Counted from the first letter of the stretch, positions 20,073 to 30,383 are shown. The stretch is DNA of 64,000 bases from Candidatus Latescibacterota bacterium (GCA_965200315.1 OZ241362.1:1568001-1632000), one strand, 5' to 3'. Notes: generated by a model from the sequence alone, not told the origin. Made by a program: numbers and translations.

Positions 20073-21656
20073 TCACCGCACCAACATCAACCGGCGCGTC
20101 CGCGTTTCCCCTCCGACCTTCAACACAGCCCAATACGCCCCGCTGGCTGCACGCTCACCGCTCCAGTGCGCCAAGTGGTGCCCGGCCGCGAGCCGCTCCG
20201 CCACCAAAAGGGCCGTGCGCTGGCCTAAGGCATTGTAGATCGCCAGTTCGACTTCCGCTTCCCTTGTCAAGCGAAAGGGCAGGTTCACCGCGCTGTTGGC
20301 CGGGTTCGGATAAGCCGGAGCCAAGTCGCTACTCCCGGCTCTTTCCTCTGTCTGCATGGCTACGACTGTAGGCGTAAAATACCGGGCCGCGAGGGCAAAC
20401 CCTCCGCCCGTTGGCGAGGTCCTGCCGACGATGACCGCTGCGCTATCTACATCCGCGACCTGCACCTGCCCAGCGTTGTCCGCGCTGAGTTCCATCGCGA
20501 TCAGTTCGCCGCGCTGGTCGCGCATGGCGTACACCCACGCGGCATATTCCCCCTCGGCCGCGCCAGCGAAATCAACGGCTATCTCGCCCTCCGAGCGAAT
20601 AATAACATTGGCTGCGCCCCATTGGCTGCCGACCTCGCCGGCCAGTTCCGCGAAAGGCACATCAGGCGCTGCAACTGCGGAGGCGCGGCGGCCGCGTAGG
20701 GCCTCGTACCCACCCGCGTAGTTAGCCGCAATCCACAAACGCCAAGCACCCGCGTAGTTCTCAACCCAGTTTTGGTTTTTGAAGGCGTCGTCAATGCCCA
20801 AAATGCCGTTGCGCGGCTCGGCGACGATTTGGCGAATCAGTCCTGCACCATAGTGCTCGGCCAAAAACGAGGCGAACAGATAGGTTTTGCCGTAATTCGC
20901 CGCCTCGGTCACCCAATGAGTTAGATTGATACTGGGATCTGCGAGAAAACTCGGCACCATGCTCGGATCGGCCTCGGGAAAACCCACCAACTCTTCGGCG
21001 TACCCAGCAAGCCCTTCGTCAATCCATGCCTCCTCGTCGGAATCGCGGCCCCAATGAATGAGGTGCTGGAATTCGTGCGCTAAGGTTGCGTGGGCGAGAT
21101 AGGCACTGAAGGCCAGCTTGTTCGCGTCGAGATAGACCGTATCGCGCCGAAGTTCGGGCAACAGTGCCTCAGACACCTTACTGTCAAAATAGCCGACTAT
21201 GTTGCCGGGAAGGTCCAAGATCAAGATGAAGATGCGGGGGTCGCCATCCTTATCGGCAGGCTCGCCAAAGGCATCGACCGCTATTTCAAATATTCCACGC
21301 TCAGGATCAGCCGGAGTCGCCGCGTCGAAAAGCGCGCCCAGCTTATCCACATCCGGCTGGGCTGCGATAATGTCCCACTGGCTCTCCTCGACGAAGATAT
21401 AGCAGTGCGTCCCCTTGTAGCGGCAAGTAGCCAACTTGAGCACGAATTCAGTCGGCACGTAAAAATCGAGCTGGGTCCCCACCTCAATGGGGCCTATTTC
21501 TTGCCTTGCGCCAACGGCCTTGGGGGCCAACTCAGGGAAAGACACGCGGTGCTGATCGAGCCAGCGCGTCCCGCATATCCGCTCTTCGGCTACAGCCGCC
21601 AGCGGCAGCGAGAGCATCCACGCAGCCAAGGCCGTACGCAAGAGGAGGCAGACCAT
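20073..21656 (-). CDS. Secreted zinc metallopeptidase (gluzincin, M30-like) with C-terminal T9SS/FlgD-type sorting domain
   Basis: Signal peptide, AHEFQH, WIDEGLA, C-terminal PAYPNPAN..IYNALGQ..ASGAY. Confidence 0.78.
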   Translation of the reverse strand: MVCLLLRTALAAWMLSLPLAAVAEERICGTRWLDQHRVSFPELAPKAVGARQEIGPIEVGTQLDFYVPTEFVLKLATCRYKGTHCYIFVEESQWDIIAAQPDVDKLGALFDAATPADPERGIFEIAVDAFGEPADKDGDPRIFILILDLPGNIVGYFDSKVSEALLPELRRDTVYLDANKLAFSAYLAHATLAHEFQHLIHWGRDSDEEAWIDEGLAGYAEELVGFPEADPSMVPSFLADPSINLTHWVTEAANYGKTYLFASFLAEHYGAGLIRQIVAEPRNGILGIDDAFKNQNWVENYAGAWRLWIAANYAGGYEALRGRRASAVAAPDVPFAELAGEVGSQWGAANVIIRSEGEIAVDFAGAAEGEYAAWVYAMRDQRGELIAMELSADNAGQVQVADVDSAAVIVGRTSPTGGGFALAARYFTPTVVAMQTEERAGSSDLAPAYPNPANSAVNLPFRLTREAEVELAIYNALGQRTALLVAERLAAGHHLAHWSGERAASGAYWAVLKVGGETRTRRLMLVR

Positions 21657-22261
21657 CAGTAGAAATGCCGCACGAGGAAAAACGCCGCTCCCCTAGGCCC
21701 TACTGCCACCTTGGGTGCGAAACCGGTCTGAGCTTGATCCGCGCTGGCCACCCGTGCCGCATGGATGGCGGCCACGAGGTGATTGACGACCACCAATCCC
21801 GTTACATAGAGCGCCTGCCGCTGCGCATGCTGGCTCGCATTGCGCAACTCTCGGTAGTGCTGGCGTGACTCGTCGCGATCCCATTCCCAGAAAAAATCCG
21901 CTTCTACCGGATAGAGCTCGGCGTCTGGGCCGTCCTCGTAGCGGGCGAACTGGTTGTGCTCCAACCGGCTCGCATAAAACCCCAAGTCGTCGAAATAGTC
22001 GCGCCCCTTGCCCTTGGGCCGTGCGTTCGCGCGTTCGGCCGCATACGCCTGGTACCGATCGCGGCGCACCTCGCCCAGCCACTCAAAACCCCAATAGCTG
22101 CCCCAAAGCGCTAGTTCAGCAGCCAAGAAGCCGCCGCCGCCGCCGCGAGCGTACTTCTGCCCCCAACCGGGCACTACGAGAGAGCGCCAAAATGCCCCTT
22201 GGGCCTTCCCGGCCTCAGCCACGCCGGGCAGCAACAAAACCAATGCGATCCAGTGCCACAT
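21656..22261 (-). CDS. DUF5683-like membrane/exported protein
   Basis: AFWRSLVVPGWGQKY motif; VVVNHLVAAIHAA. Likely ATG at 22261. Confidence 0.65.
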   Translation of the reverse strand: MWHWIALVLLLPGVAEAGKAQGAFWRSLVVPGWGQKYARGGGGGFLAAELALWGSYWGFEWLGEVRRDRYQAYAAERANARPKGKGRDYFDDLGFYASRLEHNQFARYEDGPDAELYPVEADFFWEWDRDESRQHYRELRNASQHAQRQALYVTGLVVVNHLVAAIHAARVASADQAQTGFAPKVAVGPRGAAFFLVRHFY

Positions 22262-22265
22262 AAAC

Positions 22266-23162
22266 TCAATCCAATGGCTTGTAAGCCACGAGCATGGGCA
22301 CGTGCGCCCGCACCCACGGCTGCATGACCAACGCCAAGCGCGTCCGCCGCCGCAGGGCCGCTTGGTCCGCACCCGCAGCGCGCGATCGCGCCACCCGCGC
22401 CGCGTCAATGGCACTGAGAACGTGGTTGATCAGGATGACCCCGCTTATAGTGGAGGCTCGCTTGAGAAAGCGATTGCTCTCGTCGCGTTGGTCTTCGTAG
22501 CGGAGCCGGCGCTCGGAGTGGAAACTTTCAACTGAATCGACATCGGCCGGCGCAGCAGCATTGCCGGTACTGCGCCTCACTAGATCATCCCAACCGGCTA
22601 CATATTGATCGTATTTGCCAATCAACTCGTAGTATTGCTGGATCTGGCTCGGCGCACACCCGCCAAAATCCGCCTTCCCCGACTGCTGCATCGCTGAAAT
22701 GTACACATCGACGACCTCGCTACTACAAGGCAGTGCGTGTGTGATCGACGAATTGTTCGAAATCGCCGAGCCGCGCCAAGCCAAGTAATTGAGCGGATCC
22801 CAGTGTTCGTCGGCCACGGCCCGGAACTCTTCCTCCAAGTCGTTGCCCTTGCCCTTCCAAGCCACCCACATGCCCACTAGCGCGGCTTCGGCCCCCAAGA
22901 ACGCCAACCCCCGCTTCTTGGACCCCGCATACCACTCGCCCAACCCCGGCACCAGCGCGGAAAGCAAAAACGCCCGCTTCGACGACTTGCCCTCGCGCAC
23001 CTGCGTACGCGGTGCCGGCTCGGGATCAGCATCGCCTTCTACTGCCTGCAATCCCACCAAGAACGCCTGCCCCTCTTCGCTCAAAATACTCGGCAATCCC
23101 TCGGCCCGGACGCCGGCGGCAGTTAGCACGGCAACCACTAGCGCGATTCCTGTCCTCGTCAT
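22266..23162 (-). CDS. DUF5683-like membrane/exported protein (paralog)
   Basis: RAFLLSALVPGLGEWYAG, QQYYELIGKYDQY, ILINHVLSAIDAA. Likely ATG at 23162 with AAGGAG RBS. Confidence 0.68.
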   Translation of the reverse strand: MTRTGIALVVAVLTAAGVRAEGLPSILSEEGQAFLVGLQAVEGDADPEPAPRTQVREGKSSKRAFLLSALVPGLGEWYAGSKKRGLAFLGAEAALVGMWVAWKGKGNDLEEEFRAVADEHWDPLNYLAWRGSAISNNSSITHALPCSSEVVDVYISAMQQSGKADFGGCAPSQIQQYYELIGKYDQYVAGWDDLVRRSTGNAAAPADVDSVESFHSERRLRYEDQRDESNRFLKRASTISGVILINHVLSAIDAARVARSRAAGADQAALRRRTRLALVMQPWVRAHVPMLVAYKPLD

Positions 23163-23214
23163 ACTTGCTCCTTTCCATTGCGGCAGCACCCAAAACGCGA
23201 CCAGCTATTATACC

Positions 23215-23564
23215 CTAGTCGCCTTCACGTTCGAGATGATTTCTCAATACATTCTTGACGTAGGCCAGCGTTTCTTCTCCAACTTTTTCTGCGGTTTCTT
23301 TCAATTGGTCATACTCGATTACTTCCTCACCTACCCAAAGGATATCCAGCCTGCGAATCTCTCGCATCGCTACATGACTATAGGATTCTGGAAATGAACG
23401 TCCCTAATTGCTCTTGGCGGATGGTTGTAGCCATAAGTATCCTTAAGTTCCTCTGTCGTGATTTGTCCATTCTCAAGAATGTGTTCAATGACCGTTCTAG
23501 GTCTTGTCGCCTTCACACTCTCCAGCAGTTCTAGGAATTCTGGAGGGTAGTTCTTTTTGCTCAT
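23215..23564 (-). pseudogene. Restriction endonuclease remnant with internal deletion and frameshift
   Basis: N-part ..TRPRTVIEHIL..YGYNHPPRAIRDV joins out of frame, near 23398, to C-part FPESYSHVAMREIRRLDILW..REGD*. Translationally coupled to the MTase. Confidence 0.72.
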
Positions 23565-24478
23565 TCCACAGCGAGCGCCTGCTGAATTTGCGGTATTCTA
23601 TCACGTCTCTGACCATCGTTCAAGCGTTCCACTAAAGCGGGCGAAAGATACAGAGATTCGACGGTCTCGCTCTTGTCGCCCAAGAGTGTCGCTTGGCTCG
23701 AGCGACCAGCGCGAATGTGCAAGTGAGCTAGGGAAAGCGAACGGGGAAGCGGCTTGCCGTGACTTTTTTCGCCGGTTTTCCCGTCGTAGCTCGCCATGTA
23801 AGAAAGCCCCCGGTCGTTCATGGCTTGGAGCGCGTCTGCAAACTCGGCATAACTCAGCCCGCTACAATACCTGTGATCTCTCGTAAAGGACGTACCCTGA
23901 TAGGGCGGGTCCATGTAAATGAGATCCTCTTTCTCGGCCTCCGCGACCACCTTGCGGAAATCTACTGCGGAAAGCGTGGTTTTTCCGGCAAGCAGCGCGT
24001 GAACGCCGAGTATCTGGCGCTGCATAAGTATGGGACGCATGCCCGACCGTCGGTTGTCCGCGCTTTGATTGAACAGGCCCTCGGCACTGTACCGCACCGA
24101 GCCTTTTACTATGCGCGCCAGCAGATAAAGCAAATGATGAGGTCGGTGTTCAGCATTGAATTTGTCGCGGATGCCGCGGAAGAAGGCCCTTTTGTCCAAG
24201 TGCTGTTCCGTCCACAACTGCTCGTAGTTTTTGCTTAGCTCATTTGGCCGCTGCAAAATTTCTTCCCACAGCGCCATCAAAGGTTCGTTTAAATCATTGA
24301 GCCAAAATCGCTTTGCGAGCCTGTGCGCGGCAGCAGCAATAGAAATGGCACCAGACCCGCAAAAAGGCTCAATGAGGGAATCAACATCACGCGGAAAATG
24401 CGCGAGGATGTGCTGTGCAATGCCGCGCTTACTACCCTGATAGGGGAATGGATGCGGAATTGCCATCTGCTGTAACAT
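23561..24478 (-). CDS. DNA adenine methyltransferase (Dam/D12 class)
   Basis: PYQGSKR, EPFCGSGA, YMDPPY. Start at ATG 24478 or 24466. Confidence 0.9.
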   Translation of the reverse strand: MLQQMAIPHPFPYQGSKRGIAQHILAHFPRDVDSLIEPFCGSGAISIAAAAHRLAKRFWLNDLNEPLMALWEEILQRPNELSKNYEQLWTEQHLDKRAFFRGIRDKFNAEHRPHHLLYLLARIVKGSVRYSAEGLFNQSADNRRSGMRPILMQRQILGVHALLAGKTTLSAVDFRKVVAEAEKEDLIYMDPPYQGTSFTRDHRYCSGLSYAEFADALQAMNDRGLSYMASYDGKTGEKSHGKPLPRSLSLAHLHIRAGRSSQATLLGDKSETVESLYLSPALVERLNDGQRRDRIPQIQQALAVE

Positions 24479-24576
24479 CTCTATCTCTTCTGCATCACGA
24501 CAATGCGGTTTGAGCTTGCTGATTATCAAACTGGCGTTGCAATTGTCGCAATGTGTGCCCCTAACAATCTGCGTTT

Positions 24577-27500
24577 CTACAAATACCCAAACAACACCGT
24601 AAAATAAGACTTCCACCGCCCCTTATCGGGCACCTCGTCAATCCCATACGCCACATCCACCTGCACTCGCATAGGCACGCTGTAATAAGAAATCAAGTCA
24701 AAGCGCAACTGCCCCCCCACATCCCGCAACGGGCCGTCGCGTCCATACCGTTCGTTCCACTCGCCTATGTTCCAGTCCCACGCCTTACCAATACTAGTGT
24801 ACACCGCGCCATACACTTTGTCGAAATATAGCTGTGCAACGCGCTGGCCCATATCCGGCAGCAGGGGAAAGCGCAGCGTCGCCGTGCCCATCAGGGCCTT
24901 GCGCCCCTCAATGCTGTAAAAAGTATAGCCCTTCATAAAATTGAGGCCGCCGAGGTGATAGTCGAAGAAATCGCCGACCCGCGTCGTGTCGTTCGTGTCG
25001 TTCACTACGTCGCTGTCGATCCAGCCGCCGTATAACCGCAGGCCCAAGCGAGTATTGCCGGGCATGCTCATCTGCTCTTTCCAATCGACGGTAAACTGGT
25101 TGTAGAACAGCTTGATATAGTTCTCGTCGATAAAAGATGCCTGCTGGTTAAAGCCGTCGATGAAATAATTAAACATCCGGTCGTAGCGCACGTAGAGTTG
25201 GCGGCCCACCGGGCTTATATCGCGGTCCCGCCGCCGCGCAATCATCTCCATCCTATAGGTCAACCCCAGCCCAAAGCCATTGAGATAGGTATAGCCAAAA
25301 GGCCGCTGGGCAGTGCGCTCAAATCCGACCTGTCCGTCGCCTTTGCAGACGAGACAGTCGCTCTCAACGCTGGCGTCGGAGCGGTCGTACGTGGCCGAGG
25401 CCGTCAACTCCCCATGGCGACCCAATTTGCCGCGCACCCCCACGCTAAACTGGCTCAAGCTGTAGTTGACGGCGTTGACAACGATCGTCCGCGCCTCCGT
25501 GCTGTCGCCGCGAGCCGAGCGTCGGCGCTGATTGAATAGCTGTAAAAAGAAAGTGGGACGGAATCCCTTAAACTCGTATATGGCGAACAAATCGCGGTCG
25601 GCGTTAGCTGGCGCGACGACACCCCCAACGAATATGCTCTGGCGGTCGAGCACATCTCCAGCACTGAGGTACGCACCCGCTTTGAAATTCCCCTCGTCAA
25701 TAAACAACCTCGGCAGGATCCCGGTCTTGAGAAAGTCGATGCCATACGCTTGCGGCGCGCTTGGCAACGCGGGCACTGGTATACCGTCCCAATCCAGCGG
25801 CAGATCTTGAGAAAACCACGCCTCTTCAGCCGCCACCGGCGTCCCCTCGTCGTGCAACCGGCGAATCTCAAAGCCATCCGCCGTATAAGCCGCAAAGACG
25901 ACCGCGCCGTCCGAGCCGCCCGATGGGTTAAACGCTCCGCCAACAGTATTAGTTATCTGCCGTAGCGCACTCGTTGCCAAGTTCAGAGCATAGATATTGA
26001 AAATGCCGCTGAAATCCGACGCAAACACGAGTTCCGCGCCGTCCGCGCTCCACGCTGGGTCGCGGTCCGTACCCGGCGTGGCAATGGCGAGGTCGAAGGT
26101 GCCTTCGGCGAGCAGGTCTCCCCCTGAGTCCAATTCCACCACGGCTATATCGCGCTGTCCTTCGCGCGAAATCGCAAACGCCAGCTTGCGTCCGTCGGGC
26201 GAAAAGCGCGGCGTGTAAAGCTGGGTGCCGTCCGCAAAATGGGTTAGATAGCGCAGGTCCGTGCCGTCGGCCCGCATCATCGCCAAGTTGTTGCTAGTGC
26301 CCTTGTTCTGCACGAAAACGATCCACTCGCCGTCGGGCGAATAGGTCGGATACAGCGCACGCAGCCCGTGCGTCAGCCGCTTGACGCGCGGCGTCTCCGG
26401 TGCCGTGCCGCTGACCATAGCCGGCACTAACCACAGCATATTGCGCCAAAAACTAGGACCAGCGGCCGCGGAATCCCATTCGTAGATATCCGCCTGCCGC
26501 GAACCGTATTTGTCCGCCCGGTCAATGCGCGAAAAGAGCAGCTTGCGCCCATCCGGCGACCAATCTACGGTCGAAGCCGCCGCCGGGAAAGCTGCAATTT
26601 CCTCCTCGCCGGTAGCGAGGTCGCGCACTATCAAACCGTGCGGATAGTGGTGCCGCTTGCCCGTCGATAGATACGCCAATTGCTCGCCATTGGGTGCCAA
26701 CCGTGGCCGCAGATTAGAAAAGCCGACATCCACGATCCGCTCGCCCTCGCGCAGCGGCCCCAACGCCGCTACCTGCGCCTGATAGTCCTGCCGCATGGAC
26801 GTGATCCACTCGCCGTACAGCTCGTCCGTGCTCTTGCCCAAGACCTTTTTGCACGCCCCATCAATGGCCAGTGTGTGCCACTGCGATGCAGCCCGATACA
26901 GTTCGGCGATCTTTTCTTCGCCGTACATCTCGGCGATGTAGCGCACCAATCCAAAGCCGTGGTCGTACACGTATTCGTTGCCAAAGCCCTGCTTGCCAAA
27001 GACGCCCATCTGGTCGAAGGATAGCTGCTCGTCCGCCAGCACCAAGGAGCGGAGCACCATGTCGCGATTGGCGTCCCAGCGGTCGTGCCCCGTAGTCGCC
27101 GTTCCGTACTGAGCCGCACCCTCGGCCAACCACATGGGCACCACCGTGCCCATCACCGGATAGGAGGCGATGACCTCTGGGTAGCCAATGAGAATGTCCG
27201 GCCGGTTCTTCTCCCGCTGGTAGCCAAAGTACTGCAAGTAGAGCGCGGGGACGCGCTGCACGCCTTTGCGCGCAGCACCCAGCGAAATGATGTGGGCAAA
27301 TTCGTGGGTAATTACGTTGCGCAGCCAGTCTGAACTGCCGCGCAAGTCAAAGTCGTGGTCGAGTGACGTAGCCCAAATCTCAATGGTGTCTTGATAAAAG
27401 AAAGCCGCGCCATTGGCGTAATCGTCGTGGTCCTTGAGCACGATCCGCACGCGCCCGTCAGGCTCGTACCCATACAGCTCGGTAATGGGCGCGTACGCGG

Positions 27501-27663
27501 CTTCGGCAATGTGTGCCGCCCGCGCCGCCGCTCCTGCCAACCCTTCGTGGTAGAAAATGCGGAAGTGCTCGGTCTCCACCACCTGCCACGCTAGCTCTGG
27601 GTGGTTTTGGGCCAAGGACGCACTCACCCAACCAAGCAGCAGACAAAGCACCAACTCCCTCAC
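24577..27663 (-). CDS. Outer-membrane protein: gluzincin peptidase-like domain, PD40/TolB-like propeller and Omp85-like barrel
   Basis: Signal peptide, THEFAH..WLAEG, repeats WSPDG/YSPDG/FSPDG/WSADG, amphipathic beta-strand C-terminal third. Confidence 0.75.
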   Translation of the reverse strand: MRELVLCLLLGWVSASLAQNHPELAWQVVETEHFRIFYHEGLAGAAARAAHIAEAAYAPITELYGYEPDGRVRIVLKDHDDYANGAAFFYQDTIEIWATSLDHDFDLRGSSDWLRNVITHEFAHIISLGAARKGVQRVPALYLQYFGYQREKNRPDILIGYPEVIASYPVMGTVVPMWLAEGAAQYGTATTGHDRWDANRDMVLRSLVLADEQLSFDQMGVFGKQGFGNEYVYDHGFGLVRYIAEMYGEEKIAELYRAASQWHTLAIDGACKKVLGKSTDELYGEWITSMRQDYQAQVAALGPLREGERIVDVGFSNLRPRLAPNGEQLAYLSTGKRHHYPHGLIVRDLATGEEEIAAFPAAASTVDWSPDGRKLLFSRIDRADKYGSRQADIYEWDSAAAGPSFWRNMLWLVPAMVSGTAPETPRVKRLTHGLRALYPTYSPDGEWIVFVQNKGTSNNLAMMRADGTDLRYLTHFADGTQLYTPRFSPDGRKLAFAISREGQRDIAVVELDSGGDLLAEGTFDLAIATPGTDRDPAWSADGAELVFASDFSGIFNIYALNLATSALRQITNTVGGAFNPSGGSDGAVVFAAYTADGFEIRRLHDEGTPVAAEEAWFSQDLPLDWDGIPVPALPSAPQAYGIDFLKTGILPRLFIDEGNFKAGAYLSAGDVLDRQSIFVGGVVAPANADRDLFAIYEFKGFRPTFFLQLFNQRRRSARGDSTEARTIVVNAVNYSLSQFSVGVRGKLGRHGELTASATYDRSDASVESDCLVCKGDGQVGFERTAQRPFGYTYLNGFGLGLTYRMEMIARRRDRDISPVGRQLYVRYDRMFNYFIDGFNQQASFIDENYIKLFYNQFTVDWKEQMSMPGNTRLGLRLYGGWIDSDVVNDTNDTTRVGDFFDYHLGGLNFMKGYTFYSIEGRKALMGTATLRFPLLPDMGQRVAQLYFDKVYGAVYTSIGKAWDWNIGEWNERYGRDGPLRDVGGQLRFDLISYYSVPMRVQVDVAYGIDEVPDKGRWKSYFTVLFGYL

Positions 27664-30383
27664 TGACTCACCGCCATTCTGACCACGGCTTCTCCGCGCC
27701 GGCCGTCGTCACCGTGCGCGATCAATCGGCATAGATACAAGCCGCTCGCATAGCCTTGCACCGACCACGTGATTTCGCGCTCACCGGCTTCCAAGCCGTC
27801 GCTGCGGAGCTTGCCAACGTGCCCGCCCAACGCATCGAATACCTCCAATTCGATGCGGCCGGCCGCGCTCAGCGCAAAGCGCAAATGTGCTTCTTCATTC
27901 GGGCCGACTGGATTGGGATAGCAATAGACCCGGCCTAGCAAGGGCCCATCGGGCCTTACAACGGACCGACCAGCCACCAGCGCGGTCCGCGACCCCGCCG
28001 CATCGGCACCGGCCTGCGGCCAATGGGCCGGTCCTCCGGTGTACTGCGCCGCTACCCGCTGTAAATCCCACGCATACACAGCCGTGCTATCCAAGGCCGC
28101 TAGCACCACGCGGCCATCGCCATCTAAGTCCACCACCACCGGCGACCCCGTCGGTGGAGCGGCCATCAGCAGAGGAAAACCCGGCAAGAGTAGCCCATCG
28201 TCATCTACGCCAAAAATTCCGCTGTGGCCGGCAACAAATATCTCCTGCTTACCGTCGGCATCCACGTCGCAAAGCACCGGCTCAAAGACGAGATCGCCGA
28301 CCTCGGCAAAACGCGGCAAGGCCGTGGGAAAGCCGGCTTGGCGCAATCCGTCGGTGCGCAGGGCGTGTATCGGTCCACCGCACGCAAGCAAAACCACCTC
28401 TAACAGGCCATCGCCGTCCAAATCGCCCAAGACCGGCGGCGTGAAGAGCGAATCGCCCAATTCGACGACCTGTGATCCGATCGCAACCTGTCCCCCAGCC
28501 GTGGCGAAGACCCGCTCGACTTGGCCGTCGCCGTCCAAATCGCCTACAGCCGAGGGCACCATCGGCGGACTTTGTTCTTTTAACTCGCCACTTATGGCAT
28601 CTATCGAGTAGGTCTGTTCCGCTCCGACGAGCAGCGAGCCCGCGCTGAAACGCACGTCCAACGGCACCTCGTCTAGCGCGAATTGCCATAGTGGTTGATC
28701 GCCCCCAACGTCCCACGCGCTAATCTCTGAGTCGCGCCGCAAAAAAACCTCGGGCCGGCCATCGCTGTCGCCGTTCCCAACCGCCAGCAACCGCGTCTCT
28801 GGTACTCGCCACGCCGCCACGCCATCTTCGGTCGCATAGCCGACTCCACCCCCGGCCTCAAAGAGCAACTCTGCTATTCCGTCGCCGTCCAGATCCGCGG
28901 CTTGCAGCTGACCATCGCCCGGTAAATCCCGCGGCCAGTCCGGGCGCACACGCCCAAAGCGTATGGCCACCTGCATGGTATCGCCGGGCGCGGAAAGCAC
29001 TTCGATCTCAATGCCGGTCTCCCACTCCCGATTGCTGCGCGAATCGGGTCGCGTCGCCGGGCCGAACAGCGTTTGTCCGCCGATAAAGAAGGGGTCGTTG
29101 TGCCATCCATCGACTTGCAACTCCCACGCACGGAGCGGATTGCCAATGTCGCGGTCCCCGTCGGCTTCCTCCAAGGCAATCCCCTTCCAATGGAGTTGAT
29201 TGTTCGCGGCATTGGGGTCCGCAGCACGTGCCATCACGCCCTCATCTACGTGCCATATCAGCACTCCCGACCCCGGGACAAAGGCGTCGTATTCGTCCAT
29301 CGCCATCCACACGCTCTCTTCTATGGAGACCTGATCGGGGTCGATCCACACCTTATCTTTATCTTTGTCTTCACCCTCCACAACGCCGCGCTGTCCGCGC
29401 TGTTGCCTATTCTCCAGCAAGAAGTATTCGCGTGCGTCAATGGGTATGCGCACGGCCTTGGGGAGCACCCCGCTGCGGTCGGTCGCCAGCAGCGATAGCA
29501 CGGTGTCGCGCCGCACCACCACCGGCTCGATCCATCCCAACTGCATCTTGCTCCAAGCCATGGGATGCGGCGGCGCAAAGCCAATCACCCATGCGAGACT
29601 GTCGGTCCGCACGTAGCCCGAAGCATTGGCCCCCACATCCATCAAGCTCCAGCCTCCTAGGGCCGGCAGCCCAGCGGCGAAATTGGACAACCCGGGCAGG
29701 CCCAACTGGTGGCCAAAAAACTTGGCCAGCAAGCCATTGAGCCCGGCCCGACCGTTGAGGCTGGGCGATTCTGGCAGGATCCACGCCTCCTCGACCTCCA
29801 CGCCCCCCACGGTCAGCGGGCCACCGTTAAAACGCACAAAATCGCTCTCGGCTAGGAAGACCGAGCGAATGTCGTTCAGTTGGCCAGTCTCGTAGCCGAC
29901 CCCGGCGTGGAACACGAGGAAGCTGTTGAATTCGTCCAAGCGCGGGCCGTCGGGATCGGCCCGCGCAGCGTGTAAGGCATCGCGCAACAACTCGATCCAC
30001 TTCGCGCCGATCTCCTCGGTCGTGCGTCCGTTGCCGTAGTGGAGCATGGATTGGGGAAGTGTGTACGCCTGCTGTGCGACGCGGGGAAACACCTCGGAGG
30101 AAATCGCCACCCGACCTGCGGAGACGACCTCGTAGTAGCGCGCCAACGCGGTCAAATGCCGCTCGAAATAAGCGCGGTCGTGCGGCGGCAGGTCGTAGGG
30201 CAGCGCGTAATCCTCAGCCGATTCCTCGGCTGAGCGCAGATCAAACGCGCCGATACCAGTGGTCGTCAATTCGTCGGGATTTTCGTGCGGAAAATCCACG
30301 CGCAAGGCCAAAATTCGCCACTCGGCGTCAGCGTCGGTGGTCGCTGACAACAGCAGTGAGAAGCAAAAGCCTAACAGGAGCAA
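27660..30383 (-). CDS. M6/immune-inhibitor-A-like protein (degenerate zinc motif) with FG-GAP repeats and C-terminal sorting domain
   Basis: ILALRVDF, VFHAG, KFFGHQLGLPGL, WSLMD, AWSKMQLGW, EYFLLENR, DLDGDG repeats, YCYPNP..ASGLY. Confidence 0.78.
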   Translation of the reverse strand: MLLLGFCFSLLLSATTDADAEWRILALRVDFPHENPDELTTTGIGAFDLRSAEESAEDYALPYDLPPHDRAYFERHLTALARYYEVVSAGRVAISSEVFPRVAQQAYTLPQSMLHYGNGRTTEEIGAKWIELLRDALHAARADPDGPRLDEFNSFLVFHAGVGYETGQLNDIRSVFLAESDFVRFNGGPLTVGGVEVEEAWILPESPSLNGRAGLNGLLAKFFGHQLGLPGLSNFAAGLPALGGWSLMDVGANASGYVRTDSLAWVIGFAPPHPMAWSKMQLGWIEPVVVRRDTVLSLLATDRSGVLPKAVRIPIDAREYFLLENRQQRGQRGVVEGEDKDKDKVWIDPDQVSIEESVWMAMDEYDAFVPGSGVLIWHVDEGVMARAADPNAANNQLHWKGIALEEADGDRDIGNPLRAWELQVDGWHNDPFFIGGQTLFGPATRPDSRSNREWETGIEIEVLSAPGDTMQVAIRFGRVRPDWPRDLPGDGQLQAADLDGDGIAELLFEAGGGVGYATEDGVAAWRVPETRLLAVGNGDSDGRPEVFLRRDSEISAWDVGGDQPLWQFALDEVPLDVRFSAGSLLVGAEQTYSIDAISGELKEQSPPMVPSAVGDLDGDGQVERVFATAGGQVAIGSQVVELGDSLFTPPVLGDLDGDGLLEVVLLACGGPIHALRTDGLRQAGFPTALPRFAEVGDLVFEPVLCDVDADGKQEIFVAGHSGIFGVDDDGLLLPGFPLLMAAPPTGSPVVVDLDGDGRVVLAALDSTAVYAWDLQRVAAQYTGGPAHWPQAGADAAGSRTALVAGRSVVRPDGPLLGRVYCYPNPVGPNEEAHLRFALSAAGRIELEVFDALGGHVGKLRSDGLEAGEREITWSVQGYASGLYLCRLIAHGDDGRRGEAVVRMAVSQ

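Noticed and set aside
24555-24576. GTTAGGG next to the MTase insertion (and GTTAGAA near 16440) as cassette core sites
   Set aside because: No complementary R'' box or hairpin at the other end of either RM insertion; 7-mers occur by chance.
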